A stretch of 64,000 nt of DNA from a virus: the IMG/VR virus record IMGVR_UViG_3300031707_002920, positions 21,904 to 85,903 of that record; one strand, written 5' to 3'. Each line of letters begins with the position of its first letter. Positions within the stretch are counted from its first letter, which is position 1. The notes beneath the pieces are model-generated. The model saw only the letters and a program-made list of their open reading frames with translations, made no database searches and had not been told where the DNA came from. Shown here piece by piece: positions 1 through 8,892 of this stretch. The position numbers were made by a program, and so were the translations under genes.

Positions 1-155
1 ATAATTACAAGAGAGCATTGATTCGCAAACCATTTGCTCCGAGATTAGATAAGGCAGCTCCGGCTCATTTGGTTAGTAAAATAGCTGCTGAAATTCCACA
101 TAAGACGTGGATCGATTACATTTATTGGAACGTAATATTAGAGCCGTAGGTCAAT

Positions 156-227
156 GCTGGTATAGCTCAATCGTAGAGCAATGGTATTGTAAACCATAGG
201 TTGTGGGTTCAAGTCCTGCTACCAGCT
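156..227 (+). tRNA. tRNA-Thr(TGT)
   Basis: Acceptor GCTGGTA/TACCAGC, anticodon stem ATGGT/ACCAT with loop ATTGTAA, T-loop TTCAAGT. Confidence 0.85.
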
Positions 228-247
228 TTTTAGCAATTGGGGCTTAT

Positions 248-607
248 ATGAATACTACGATAGTAAATCGACAAGTCAAGCCTATTGATAGTATTATATT
301 TTCGATTAAACCTGTAGCTGAAAGACGAAAGCTTGTATTTAGAAAAAAGAAGAAGATTACAGTAGTTGAAGACTATATACAGACTATTGAGAAACGAATT
401 GAATTAGTAAATAAAGATTTTTTGCAAAAGAAACTACTATATAAGTTTGCATTATGCGAATTTGACGGTCAATTTCTACTATATATGGTAATTAATAATG
501 ATAAAGGTGACGTCGTCATGTGCTATACACGCGAAGTCACTCGCGATAATTTTAAAAAAATTTTAGACGAAATGTTTCTAGGCACGGGCTTTATGTTCGA
601 TAGTTAG
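248..607 (+). CDS. hypothetical protein
   Basis: ORF track 203-607; start moved to ATG 248 because the upstream part overlaps the tRNA. Confidence 0.65.
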   Translation: MNTTIVNRQVKPIDSIIFSIKPVAERRKLVFRKKKKITVVEDYIQTIEKRIELVNKDFLQKKLLYKFALCEFDGQFLLYMVINNDKGDVVMCYTREVTRDNFKKILDEMFLGTGFMFDS

Positions 608-616
608 ACAATAAAT

Positions 617-693
617 AGGCGTATCATCCAAACGGTTCAGGATACATGTCTGATAAGCATGAAATAGTAGTTCAATTCTACTTACGCCTACCA
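617..693 (+). tRNA. tRNA-Ile(GAT)
   Basis: AGGCGTA/TACGCCT acceptor, CATGT-CTGATAA-GCATG anticodon arm, encoded CCA. Confidence 0.9.
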
Positions 694-713
694 TTTTTTA
701 CAAAGGATCAACA

Positions 714-923
714 ATGGTTCGCATCTTGTGCGCTGTATGCTTATCGATGTCGTTTTTAAATTGCGCAGCTCATAAGTTGATCATTGATCCGGCAGAGTAT
801 AGCGTAGTAAAATTGTATATGATACCACATGCTATTATTATTAGAGTCGATACTATTAAAGTCGACAATTCAAAAATGTTGCAAATTAAATATTTTGGTA
901 AAGAAAATAAATCAAGAGACTGA
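714..923 (+). CDS. small hypothetical protein with signal-peptide/lipoprotein-like N-terminus
   Basis: AAGGA RBS, hydrophobic N-terminus ending LNC. Confidence 0.55.
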   Translation: MVRILCAVCLSMSFLNCAAHKLIIDPAEYSVVKLYMIPHAIIIRVDTIKVDNSKMLQIKYFGKENKSRD

Positions 924-927
924 TCGA

Positions 928-1000
928 GGGGCTATAGCTCAATTGGGAGAGCCGGTGCTTTGCAGGCACAAGGTTGGAGGTTCAAATCCTCTTAGCTCCA
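928..1000 (+). tRNA. tRNA-Ala(TGC)
   Basis: GGGGCTATAGCTCA start, TTTGCAG anticodon loop, G3:U70 pair, ends TAGCTCCA. Confidence 0.9.
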
Positions 1001-1280
1001 TAAATATAAACTACAAATTCAATTTCTGTTATCATTTATATACAACTATGTCTTATAGAAAAGCAATTAAATCAGTTTATAGGGCAAACTGTCTCTGCTA
1101 ATGAAGTTGATGACATTAAAAATGTCGTTAGTAATTTGTTACGATCGGGTGTTGGTTTAAGTCGATAGCAGAAAATTCTATTCATACAAATATATAACAA
1201 CAATGCGTGTTCAGTGCCACTAGAATTTATTGAAAGCGATGCAGGTTGTTACAACTGCTTAAGGACTAACTTTTTCAGGA

Positions 1281-1496
1281 GTGTTTATGGCTACGAAGCA
1301 CGTCTCTCGCTTACCTCTTTTAGGAAAGCCGCTGCCTGAGTTTGATTATCGAACCTCGCAATCTTCCATAATTGTTGTGGATGATCCTGGAGATAAAGAT
1401 ATGGTAATTGTTAAAAAAGGTGAAAAACCTGTTGGCAGATGTGCCTGCTTTAATAATGGATTCACCCGTGACGGATTACCACTTCCTTTAGAATAA
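1281..1496 (+). CDS. hypothetical protein
   Basis: ORF track, AGGAG just upstream. Confidence 0.5.
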   Translation: MFMATKHVSRLPLLGKPLPEFDYRTSQSSIIVVDDPGDKDMVIVKKGEKPVGRCACFNNGFTRDGLPLPLE

Positions 1497-1565
1497 ATGA
1501 ATAGAGCCTAACACAAAGCAGATGTAAAGAAATTATGATAGTTAAACGTTACAACAAAACGAAAG

Positions 1566-1769
1566 GTGAATCATGCGAGCAAAGGTCATGCAGATTTAAA
1601 TGTCGATGCAATTGAATTCGATAAAAATCCTGAAGATACAACGGAACTTTTACTTGCGAATTTATACACATTACTCTTAATGATGAATATTTTTGTAAAA
1701 TATGACGATGTAAAATGTAAAGAAGAATATAAATTAGAAAATGGAACAACAATTAAATTTATTCGATAA
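1566..1769 (+). CDS. hypothetical protein
   Basis: ORF track, same strand as neighbours. Confidence 0.4.
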   Translation: MNHASKGHADLNVDAIEFDKNPEDTTELLLANLYTLLLMMNIFVKYDDVKCKEEYKLENGTTIKFIR

Positions 1770-1813
1770 TCTTTGAGGTTTATAAAAGGCACTTTCACTC
1801 TCAACAAACCCTT

Positions 1814-1888
1814 GCCCCAGTAGCTCAGCTTGGATAGAGCCACAGTTTTCTAAACTGTACGTCATCGGTTCGAGTCCGATCTGGGGTT
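1814..1888 (+). tRNA. tRNA-Arg(TCT)
   Basis: GCCCCAG/CTGGGGT acceptor, ACAGT-TTTCTAA-ACTGT arm, GGTTCGAGTCC. Confidence 0.9.
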
Positions 1889-1892
1889 TTTT

Positions 1893-2099
1893 ATGAAAAA
1901 ATACGGACGACAGAAACAACATCCAGGTAATTTACCTGACAATCATCCACCGAAAAGATTTCGAAATTGGTGGGAAATTGAATATCATAACGGTAAGTCA
2001 AAGAAGCGTGAATGCAGGCAAGCTGCCATTGATATCATCAAAGAACTAATTGAAAAATCCTCTCTTATTACGAACTTTGATAGTATTATTACTCTTTAA
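1893..2099 (+). CDS. hypothetical protein
   Basis: ORF track; basic phage-type small protein. Confidence 0.5.
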   Translation: MKKYGRQKQHPGNLPDNHPPKRFRNWWEIEYHNGKSKKRECRQAAIDIIKELIEKSSLITNFDSIITL

Positions 2100-2153
2100 T
2101 TATTTTTCGTATGTTTGATAAAATGAACAATTTATATGAAGAGGTAAAAAATT

Positions 2154-2354
2154 ATGGACGAAATTAAAAGGACTCTCATAGAGAAAGCAAAAGAAGAATA
2201 TGGTCATATAAGACCAATTAGGGGTAAATTAGGACAACACATGTCTTTAAATGATTGTTTTACATTACATGATGGTAAACTATTGTTTTGGTTTAATACG
2301 TCAGATGATACTACTAGAATGTTAATTAAAGAGGTTGTAAATGGAAGTAATTGA
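2154..2354 (+). CDS. hypothetical protein
   Basis: GAGG RBS; overlaps start of ACP gene. Confidence 0.7.
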   Translation: MDEIKRTLIEKAKEEYGHIRPIRGKLGQHMSLNDCFTLHDGKLLFWFNTSDDTTRMLIKEVVNGSN

Positions 2355-2568
2355 TAAAATTAAACAAATAATAGCTGATCAATTATGTATAGAAGAATCG
2401 TTTATATTAATGCGTTCAAAATTTGAAGACGATTTAGGATCGGATTCAGTAAGCTTAGTTGAAATAATAATTGCTGTAGAAGACGAATTTAATATTAGTA
2501 TATCTGATGAAAGTCTTCAAAAGATGAAAACAGTTGAAGATTTAGTTAATCATGTTAAAAACATTTAA
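2341..2568 (+). CDS. acpP: acyl carrier protein
   Basis: 75 aa acidic; DDLGSDSVSLVE phosphopantetheine-Ser motif; EDEFNISISDE and TVEDLVN. Confidence 0.9.
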   Translation: MEVIDKIKQIIADQLCIEESFILMRSKFEDDLGSDSVSLVEIIIAVEDEFNISISDESLQKMKTVEDLVNHVKNI

Positions 2569-2588
2569 CGTTCATCAGAGGTGTTATT

Positions 2589-3080
2589 ATGAAAATATTG
2601 TTGTTTGTATTATTACTTTGTATAGGCAGTAACGCTAGTGCTAGCGTTAGTGCTATTAACGACACAGTCGATTCATTAAGAACGTATTCGGGCGCTATTA
2701 AAAAAATTGAAAAATTTTATGCTAAGCAACAACTTGATTATTCTGGTAGAATTTTAACACATGTACTAATTCCTGTTTCAATGTTTCCATTTTTATGTAT
2801 GCCAGATTCGATCACAAAAAATTTGCAACGCGGACAATTAGTATGGATGAATTCATTTGAATTAAATATGAGAAAACGAGTTGATAAATCAAATGAATAT
2901 TTGCAAATTGCAACTGTTAGTTATGTCGGGCTGCCTAATGGGCATCCTGATTTTAAAACATATAGATTATTCTTTTTCGTAAAAAATGTAGCGATGGGAG
3001 ATTGGGAAGAAACAAGAGATCCATTAGTAGTAATACTTGATCTTACAAGTAAATTAGAAGTCACTTATGGTTGTCATTAA
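2589..3080 (+). CDS. hypothetical exported protein
   Basis: Classical signal peptide MKILLFVLLLCIGSNASA. Confidence 0.7.
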   Translation: MKILLFVLLLCIGSNASASVSAINDTVDSLRTYSGAIKKIEKFYAKQQLDYSGRILTHVLIPVSMFPFLCMPDSITKNLQRGQLVWMNSFELNMRKRVDKSNEYLQIATVSYVGLPNGHPDFKTYRLFFFVKNVAMGDWEETRDPLVVILDLTSKLEVTYGCH

Positions 3081-3110
3081 TAATAATCTTATGATTTTTT
3101 AGACAAAAAT

Positions 3111-3813
3111 ATGAAACATCTAATGATAGTCCAAAAAGAATTCTTGAAATATGCGTCAGACGGTCGTTCTATTCCTGTGTCGCAACTTGGCATTCATAGA
3201 CCTGGATCATGGTGGGATGATTTATGATCCTGTGAGCGAGAAAACCCACGGTTTCAACCGTGGGATGAAAGCGAACCAGTACACATAAAAAATAAATTAC
3301 ATTCTTTGTGAAAAATAATGTATATTTAAATCCAGACAGAGATTGTTCCTCAAAGCTGAAAATGCTGGTTGAACACTAAAAATCTCTATCTACTTTTCTC
3401 CTTGCTTCAGACCTAATAAATCTGATTCGGAGATCTCAAAGTTTTTAAAAGAACTCAGACTCGGGCTGGAGTCTGTTGAGCGACCCCCGCATCGCCGCAA
3501 GGCGGCAGCACGGGTGAGGGCTCATAGAAGCCCACGACTTTAGTCGTGGGAGCAGTCACCTTATAAAGAACAGATAGCATATCTTAGAAGACATCCAAAA
3601 TCATTCTGGAAACGATATCTAAAAAAACCACCTAAAGAAGAAACTATTGAACTTTCTACTGAGCCTTTAATTCAACCTACAGACTATTATGGAGAAGATT
3701 GGGACAGTCTAACACGAAAAGAACAACTACAGGAATTAGCTTATCATCAACGAAAACAACTTAAAAAACGACAAAACCTTCAACGGCAACTTATACTAAA
3801 GGGCATGATTTAA
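3111..3813 (+). pseudogene. hypothetical gene interrupted by a mini IS605 element
   Basis: Removing 3226-3559 rejoins ...WWDDL-S-YKEQIAYLRRHPKSFWKR...LKGMI* in one frame. Confidence 0.75.
3226..3559 (+). mobile_element. non-autonomous IS200/IS605 miniature (tnpB deleted), same ends as element 45188-46453
   Basis: Follows TTTAT; left hairpin CCCACGGTTTCAACCGTGGG; right end ACTCAGACTCGGGCTGG...CCCACGACTTTAGTCGTGGGAGCAGTCAC nearly identical to 46346-46453. Confidence 0.9.
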
Positions 3814-4080
3814 CTAAGAAATTAGGGTTAAAGTAATCTTAAGATTAACTTATAATTAATGGTTTTACTACGATATTTATAATGATTATTTATAATAGAA
3901 GTGGTGCTTAGAAGAAAATTTCAGAATTTACTTAATCTCAATTTTCTTCGAATTTCATCCTTCTTTTAAACTAAAAAAGGTTTTAAAATGACGATTCGTA
4001 GGCAGCCGCAACAGCAACGTCGCCCTCAACCAGGACGGTGTATGCTCAAGTGAAGCTGTCGAATTAACGTTATATTTATT

Positions 4081-4113
4081 AAAGGCTTCACTTGAAAAAG
4101 TGGAGCCTTTTTT
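4081..4113 (+). terminator. intrinsic terminator
   Basis: AAAGGCTTCAC...GTGGAGCCTTTTTT hairpin plus U-tract. Confidence 0.7.
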
Positions 4114-4129
4114 ATTGTTGAAATAAGCA

Positions 4130-4204
4130 CGGGACGTAATGCAGTGGGAGCATGCAACATTTGGGATGTTGTAGTCGTCGGTTCGAATCCGACCGTCCCG
4201 ACCA
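4130..4204 (+). tRNA. tRNA-Pro(TGG)
   Basis: CGGGACG/CGTCCCG, CAACA-TTTGGGA-TGTTG, CCA end. Confidence 0.92.
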
Positions 4205-4211
4205 ATTTTAT

Positions 4212-4286
4212 TGGAGTATAGCTCAATGATAGAGCACTGAGCTCTGGACTCAGATGTTTGAGGTTTAAATCCTCATACCCCAGCCA
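4212..4286 (+). tRNA. tRNA-Gln(CTG)
   Basis: TGGAGTA/TACCCCA, CTGAG-CTCTGGA-CTCAG, GCCA end. Confidence 0.85.
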
Positions 4287-4291
4287 AGTTT

Positions 4292-4364
4292 CGGGATGTA
4301 TTTCAAATGGTAGAATTTCTGATCCGGGATCAGAAGGTTAGCAGTTCAAGTCTGCTCATCCCGA
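4292..4364 (+). tRNA. tRNA-Pro(CGG)
   Basis: CGGGATG/CATCCCG, TCTGA-TCCGGGA-TCAGA. Confidence 0.85.
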
Positions 4365-4388
4365 TTACATAAGTGTCTGATTGTAAAA

Positions 4389-4463
4389 CGGAGCGTGGCC
4401 CAGTCGGTTCAGGGCTCCTGAACGGGGTTCAGGAGATCGGCAGTTCGAATCTGCCCGCTCCGA
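4389..4463 (+). tRNA. tRNA-Pro(GGG)
   Basis: CGGAGCG/CGCTCCG, CCTGA-ACGGGGT-TCAGG. Confidence 0.85.
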
Positions 4464-4468
4464 TTAAT

Positions 4469-4543
4469 GTTCCTATAGCTCAACTGGATTAGAGCAGTAG
4501 TTTCCGATACTACAGGTTAACCGTTCAAATCGGTTTAGGAACA
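4469..4543 (+). tRNA. tRNA-Arg(CCG)
   Basis: GTTCCTA/TAGGAAC, GTAGT-TTCCGAT-ACTAC. Confidence 0.88.
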
Positions 4544-4550
4544 ATAAATT

Positions 4551-4624
4551 AGGGGTGTAGCTCAGTTGGCTAGAGCAGCAGATTTTGATTCTGCGAGTCG
4601 TGGGTTCGAGTCCCTCCACCCCCA
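4551..4624 (+). tRNA. tRNA with TTG anticodon (Gln by anticodon; atypical body)
   Basis: AGGGGTG/CACCCCC (A1:C72 mismatch), GCAGA-TTTTGAT-TCTGC. Confidence 0.75.
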
Positions 4625-4631
4625 TTAACAT

Positions 4632-4705
4632 ATCTCTATAGCTCAATGGATTAGAGCAGCGATTTCCTACATCGCAGGTTGAGAGTTCAAATCTCTCTAG
4701 AGATA
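4632..4705 (+). tRNA. tRNA-Arg(CCT)
   Basis: ATCTCTA/TAGAGAT, GCGAT-TTCCTAC-ATCGC. Confidence 0.88.
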
Positions 4706-4720
4706 CTATTTCAATATGCT

Positions 4721-4782
4721 TGTTTCTTAATTCAACGGTAGAATGCAAGCTTTGAAACTTGACACAGAGGTTCGACACCTTT
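4721..4782 (+). pseudogene. degenerate tRNA (Gln-like) lacking 3' acceptor strand
   Basis: D-arm ATTC-AACGGTA-GAAT, CAAG-CTTTGAAA-CTTG, GAGGTTCGACACCT, no acceptor partner. Confidence 0.5.
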
Positions 4783-4809
4783 TGCTATTGCTATTTCTAG
4801 TAAAATGAT

Positions 4810-5133
4810 ATGAACAATGTAATTCAGAAAAACTTGTACAAAACTTGTACAAGATGTAAATTAACAAAACCTATTGAAGAGTTTTATAAACAGGTTCAAG
4901 GAATATATGGTTGCAAGAGTGAGTGTAAAGAGTGTTCAAAAAAATTAACAAGCGACGATTATCAAATACATAAAAAAGAAAGAAATGCTACAAAAAGAAA
5001 ATGGTGCATAAGAAATAGGAAAAGATATAATGAAGTCCATTTAAAATGGGTACACGATAATAGAGAGCATTACAACGCTTATCATAGAGAGTATAAACAA
5101 AGACAAGCTCGTTTATTTGTGCCTGTTTCCTAA
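4810..5133 (+). CDS. Zn-binding protein resembling the N-terminal part of phage HNH/EndoVII homing endonucleases (nuclease domain absent)
   Basis: KTCTRC..KP..EFY...CKEC followed by basic helical repeats; sits inside tRNA cluster. Confidence 0.6.
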   Translation: MNNVIQKNLYKTCTRCKLTKPIEEFYKQVQGIYGCKSECKECSKKLTSDDYQIHKKERNATKRKWCIRNRKRYNEVHLKWVHDNREHYNAYHREYKQRQARLFVPVS

Positions 5134-5191
5134 CAGGATAGGGGATCAGATTACGAATCTGATTGTGAGAGTTCGAATCTCTCCAGGCACA
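5119..5191 (+). tRNA. tRNA-Arg(ACG)
   Basis: GTGCCTG/CAGGCAC, TCAGA-TTACGAA-TCTGA. Confidence 0.88.
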
Positions 5192-5327
5192 CTTTTTTCT
5201 TCATAGTTAATCTCACCTGATTGGTAAATTAAATTTAAAATTTATCATAAGATCAAATTTGAAGAACTGATTAGTTCGTGAAAAATGTATAGAAATTTAT
5301 AAATGTACTAAACTAAAAAGGATCTTT

Positions 5328-6554
5328 ATGAAGAAAAATGTATTAATTATTGGTGCTGGCGGTGTTGCACAAGTAGCAGCTCATAAATGTGCACAAAATA
5401 ATGATATTTTAGGTGATATTTGTATTGCATCTCGTACTAAAAGCAAATGTGAAGAAATAATTAATGGTATTTATCGATTGAATAATTTAAAAGATAAGAC
5501 AAAAATGATATGCTCACGACAAATAGACGCTCTAAACGTGCAGTCTACAATACAATTGATAAAAGATACGAATTCATCAATTGTACTGAATTTAGGATCA
5601 GCGTTTATTAACATGTCAGTTCTTGAAGCATGTATTCAAGCTAAAGTAGATTATTTAGACACTGCGATTCATGAAGAACTTGATAGAGTAGCAACTATTT
5701 GCGAACCACCGCCGTGGTACGCAAATTACGAATGGAAAAGGAAAGATCGTTGTACCGCTGCTAAAATTAATGCTATTTTGGGCGTAGGTTTCGATCCAGG
5801 CGTCGTCAATGCTTATTGTAAGCTTGCTGCAAATGAATATTTTGATAAAATTGATACTATCGATATTATGGATGTAAATGACGGTCGTCATGGTAAGTAT
5901 TTTGCTACTAATTTTGATCCAGAAATTAATTTTAGAGAATTTGTTGGTACGGTATTAACGTGGGTCGATCAAAAATGGGTCCGTAAATCGATGCATTCTG
6001 AAAAAATGATTTATAAATTCCCGATAGTTGGTGAACAGACGATTTATCTTACAGGTCACGACGAATTACATTCATTGTCTAAAAATATAGATGCTAATAG
6101 TATTCGATTTTGGATGGGATTTAGCGATCATTATATTAATTGTTTTACCGTGCTTAAAAATATTGGTCTGTTATCAGAAAAACCAGTAATTGTCGAAGGT
6201 TGCGAAATTAGACCGTTGAAAGTAGTTAAAGCTTGTTTACCTGATCCTAAGACATTAGCACCCGATTATAAAGGTAAAACATGCATCGGCTGTCTAGTGA
6301 AAGGCACAAGAGATAATCAAAATAGAGAATTGTTTATTTATAACATCTGCGATCACGAAGATTGTTATCGTGAAACAGCGTCGCAGGCAATAAGTTATAC
6401 TGCAGGCGTACCGATTGTAGCAGCTGCCATACTTGTTGCGACAGACGTGTGGAGTCCTAAAACCATGGTAAATGTCGAAGAATTGCAGCCTGACGTATTT
6501 CTGCGATTGCTTGATAAGATGGGCCTCCCGACAACGCTAAGCTTTTTAAAATGA
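5328..6554 (+). CDS. carboxy(nor)spermidine dehydrogenase (saccharopine dehydrogenase family)
   Basis: IIGAGGVAQVAAHKCAQNND Rossmann start, GFDPGVVN, FATNFDPEINFRE, SQAISYTAGVP. Confidence 0.88.
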   Translation: MKKNVLIIGAGGVAQVAAHKCAQNNDILGDICIASRTKSKCEEIINGIYRLNNLKDKTKMICSRQIDALNVQSTIQLIKDTNSSIVLNLGSAFINMSVLEACIQAKVDYLDTAIHEELDRVATICEPPPWYANYEWKRKDRCTAAKINAILGVGFDPGVVNAYCKLAANEYFDKIDTIDIMDVNDGRHGKYFATNFDPEINFREFVGTVLTWVDQKWVRKSMHSEKMIYKFPIVGEQTIYLTGHDELHSLSKNIDANSIRFWMGFSDHYINCFTVLKNIGLLSEKPVIVEGCEIRPLKVVKACLPDPKTLAPDYKGKTCIGCLVKGTRDNQNRELFIYNICDHEDCYRETASQAISYTAGVPIVAAAILVATDVWSPKTMVNVEELQPDVFLRLLDKMGLPTTLSFLK

Positions 6555-6564
6555 TTAGATTAAT

Positions 6565-7122
6565 ATGAATGTGTATGTGCTTTCTCGCCAAGAAATTGAA
6601 CATATTATTACGTCGCATTATAAGAAATTTAATAAATGGGCATTGATTTCAATTTATAATATGTCAGGACCATTACTCAATGAGTGTACTAAAGAAATAT
6701 TACGTCTTATTGGTTGTCATAAAACGTTAAGCCTTAAGTTTTCTGATATTTCAAACACTGAATATTATAGATTAATAAATCAGTTTAAGACGAGAGCAGT
6801 CAATAGATTATTTTTATTTTCAACTGTTCAAGCGAAGAAAATAATATCTTTTGTAGATCGTATAAATACTAATACCACTGATCTAGTCGTCCATTGTGAG
6901 GCCGGAATAAGTAGATCTGGAGCTGTCGCATTATTTGCTTGTAGATATTTAAATTTAGATGAACAGCAATTTTGGCAATTAAATAAACGCAAAGGCAAGC
7001 ATAAACAGATTCAGCCTAATCGATATGTGTATGACACGCTATATCACGTGTCGGGTATGAAGAAGTTATATCAAAGTTTTTGGCAAGGCGCTATAAGCGA
7101 CAAACTTACAACAAAAACTTGA
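6565..7122 (+). CDS. protein tyrosine/dual-specificity phosphatase-like
   Basis: HCEAGISRS = HCX5R P-loop; C-terminal PNRYV. Confidence 0.85.
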   Translation: MNVYVLSRQEIEHIITSHYKKFNKWALISIYNMSGPLLNECTKEILRLIGCHKTLSLKFSDISNTEYYRLINQFKTRAVNRLFLFSTVQAKKIISFVDRINTNTTDLVVHCEAGISRSGAVALFACRYLNLDEQQFWQLNKRKGKHKQIQPNRYVYDTLYHVSGMKKLYQSFWQGAISDKLTTKT

Positions 7123-7139
7123 CTAAACAAGGAGGAGTC

Positions 7140-7355
7140 ATGTTTTGTGCATCATGTAATATTGAAGTAGACAATGATGATTTTACATGTGAAGAGTGTG
7201 GTAGCGCTTTATGTGAAACTTGTTATAAAGAAAATGATAGTTTATGTAAAGATTGTGTAAATACATTAGTTAATGATGACGAAGAAGTTAGTGAGTTGGG
7301 AAAATCTAAAAATACAACATTTGATTACGACGCCGCTTTTAACGAAGATGAATAA
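7140..7355 (+). CDS. small Cys-rich Zn-finger protein
   Basis: AGGAGG RBS; CxxC repeats. Confidence 0.7.
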   Translation: MFCASCNIEVDNDDFTCEECGSALCETCYKENDSLCKDCVNTLVNDDEEVSELGKSKNTTFDYDAAFNEDE

Positions 7356-7357
7356 TT

Positions 7358-8023
7358 ATGAATTTTGCGAATTTTATTGAAACATGTCGAGTATTGAGGG
7401 CAACGTCGACTGCAGCTATTGTTAGTTTAGTGTTTGCAGACATCGAGCACGAATATAATATGTCATACAGACATTATCACAACAAATCGCATATTGAAGA
7501 TTGCCAGGCTGAATTAAAACAAATTATAGCAGATGATGCTAAATTGCTTGATTTGTATGAAATAGCAATTATCTCATTTGCGATTTATTATCACGATATT
7601 GTTATGTTATATCAAAACTACGTGTGTTCTTGCGAATGGTTGTCAACGCAACGTTCAGAATATGATTGTTTGCGGTTAGGCATAGACTCCAATGTACAGC
7701 GCGATGCTAGGCTGCTTATATTAGCAACAGAATTAAGTAGGCAAACGACACAATTATTTTTAACATCGTCTAAGCAAAAGATTATAGCTGACATTGATAT
7801 TTCAGTGTTTGGTAAAAATATGCAAGATTTACTAGAAGTAGAGCAACAAATTAGACAAGAACATTTTTACGTACCAAATGATTTATACATTAAAGAACGA
7901 ACTAAGATATTACAATCATTTTTAGATCGACCACATGTTTATCACACTCCATATTTTTGTGAAAAATATGAGAAAATTGCGATTGATAATTTGAAAGAAC
8001 TAATCATTAGTTTAAAAGAGTAA
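7358..8023 (+). CDS. HD-superfamily metal-dependent phosphohydrolase
   Basis: RHYHN..HI, YHDIV, DIDIS, IRQE, ER..IL..FL.R. Confidence 0.85.
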   Translation: MNFANFIETCRVLRATSTAAIVSLVFADIEHEYNMSYRHYHNKSHIEDCQAELKQIIADDAKLLDLYEIAIISFAIYYHDIVMLYQNYVCSCEWLSTQRSEYDCLRLGIDSNVQRDARLLILATELSRQTTQLFLTSSKQKIIADIDISVFGKNMQDLLEVEQQIRQEHFYVPNDLYIKERTKILQSFLDRPHVYHTPYFCEKYEKIAIDNLKELIISLKE

Positions 8024-8024
8024 T

Positions 8025-8378
8025 ATGCGAGGTTACATACGAGTATATGATTGTGAAAATAATATTAGTGTACAATGGACACGATATCCAATAACACGTT
8101 TAAAAATACCGTTTGAAACAGGCATCGCAGAAGCTAACACTATAAATGATAAAGATTGGTGGATTACTCGCGTATTAGTTAATCCTAAATCGCTTCGAAA
8201 TAAAGGTATTGGTTCTCGGATTTTAACTCGATTATGTAAAGAAATTAGAAAGAAGAATTATAAATCAATATCTGTAGCGCCCGGTGGATATGATAACGAT
8301 AAATCTCGACAATTTAAGTTTTATCAAAAAAATGGTTTTCGTATTTCTACTACATCAAAAGAATTATTATTATTATGA
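8025..8378 (+). CDS. GNAT acetyltransferase
   Basis: V.P..RNKGIGSRIL motif A, FYQKNGF. Confidence 0.85.
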   Translation: MRGYIRVYDCENNISVQWTRYPITRLKIPFETGIAEANTINDKDWWITRVLVNPKSLRNKGIGSRILTRLCKEIRKKNYKSISVAPGGYDNDKSRQFKFYQKNGFRISTTSKELLLL

Positions 8379-8845
8379 AAACGCTTGTATTTATATTTTT
8401 AATAGTACTGTGTTGTAATGCATCTGACTCATTAGCTGACTCAATTACAAGTATAATTAATAAAAAAGGTGAAAATTTTATTATCAATTGCTTAGCTGAT
8501 AGGGTCAAATTAGACCTTGATACTATAGACGAGTTTGAATGGACGTATCAATCTTTAAGGACATTTCCTATTAAAACCGGTGATACATTTAATATTCCTG
8601 GTTGCGATGAAGATAAAAATTATAAAACCATTGTAGGATTCAACAATATTATTTATTTATTTGATAATAAAACTGCTATAATTGGTATTAAATATCGGTA
8701 TGCATCATTTAATGATGATGAGCCTTATATATATACGACACTTAAATATGAGATTAAGACAGTTTTAAGTCAATGGCCAATGTGGAAATTTGTAAAATGT
8801 TATTATACGGTGACGTCAAAAAATCAAATTATGGGAATTCAATGA
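8375..8845 (+). CDS. hypothetical exported protein
   Basis: Signal peptide MKTLVFIFLIVLCCNA. Confidence 0.7.
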   Translation: MKTLVFIFLIVLCCNASDSLADSITSIINKKGENFIINCLADRVKLDLDTIDEFEWTYQSLRTFPIKTGDTFNIPGCDEDKNYKTIVGFNNIIYLFDNKTAIIGIKYRYASFNDDEPYIYTTLKYEIKTVLSQWPMWKFVKCYYTVTSKNQIMGIQ

Positions 8846-8892
8846 CAATAATGTTGATTATTTAATTGATAATCACTTTAACACGATAGACC

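Noticed and set aside
829-1101. ORF from track
   Set aside because: Overlaps tRNA-Ala; shadow ORF.
4026-4778. Minus-strand ORFs 4026-4226 and 4473-4778 (also 1734-1922, 9111-9305)
   Set aside because: Antisense translations of tRNA/tmRNA genes.
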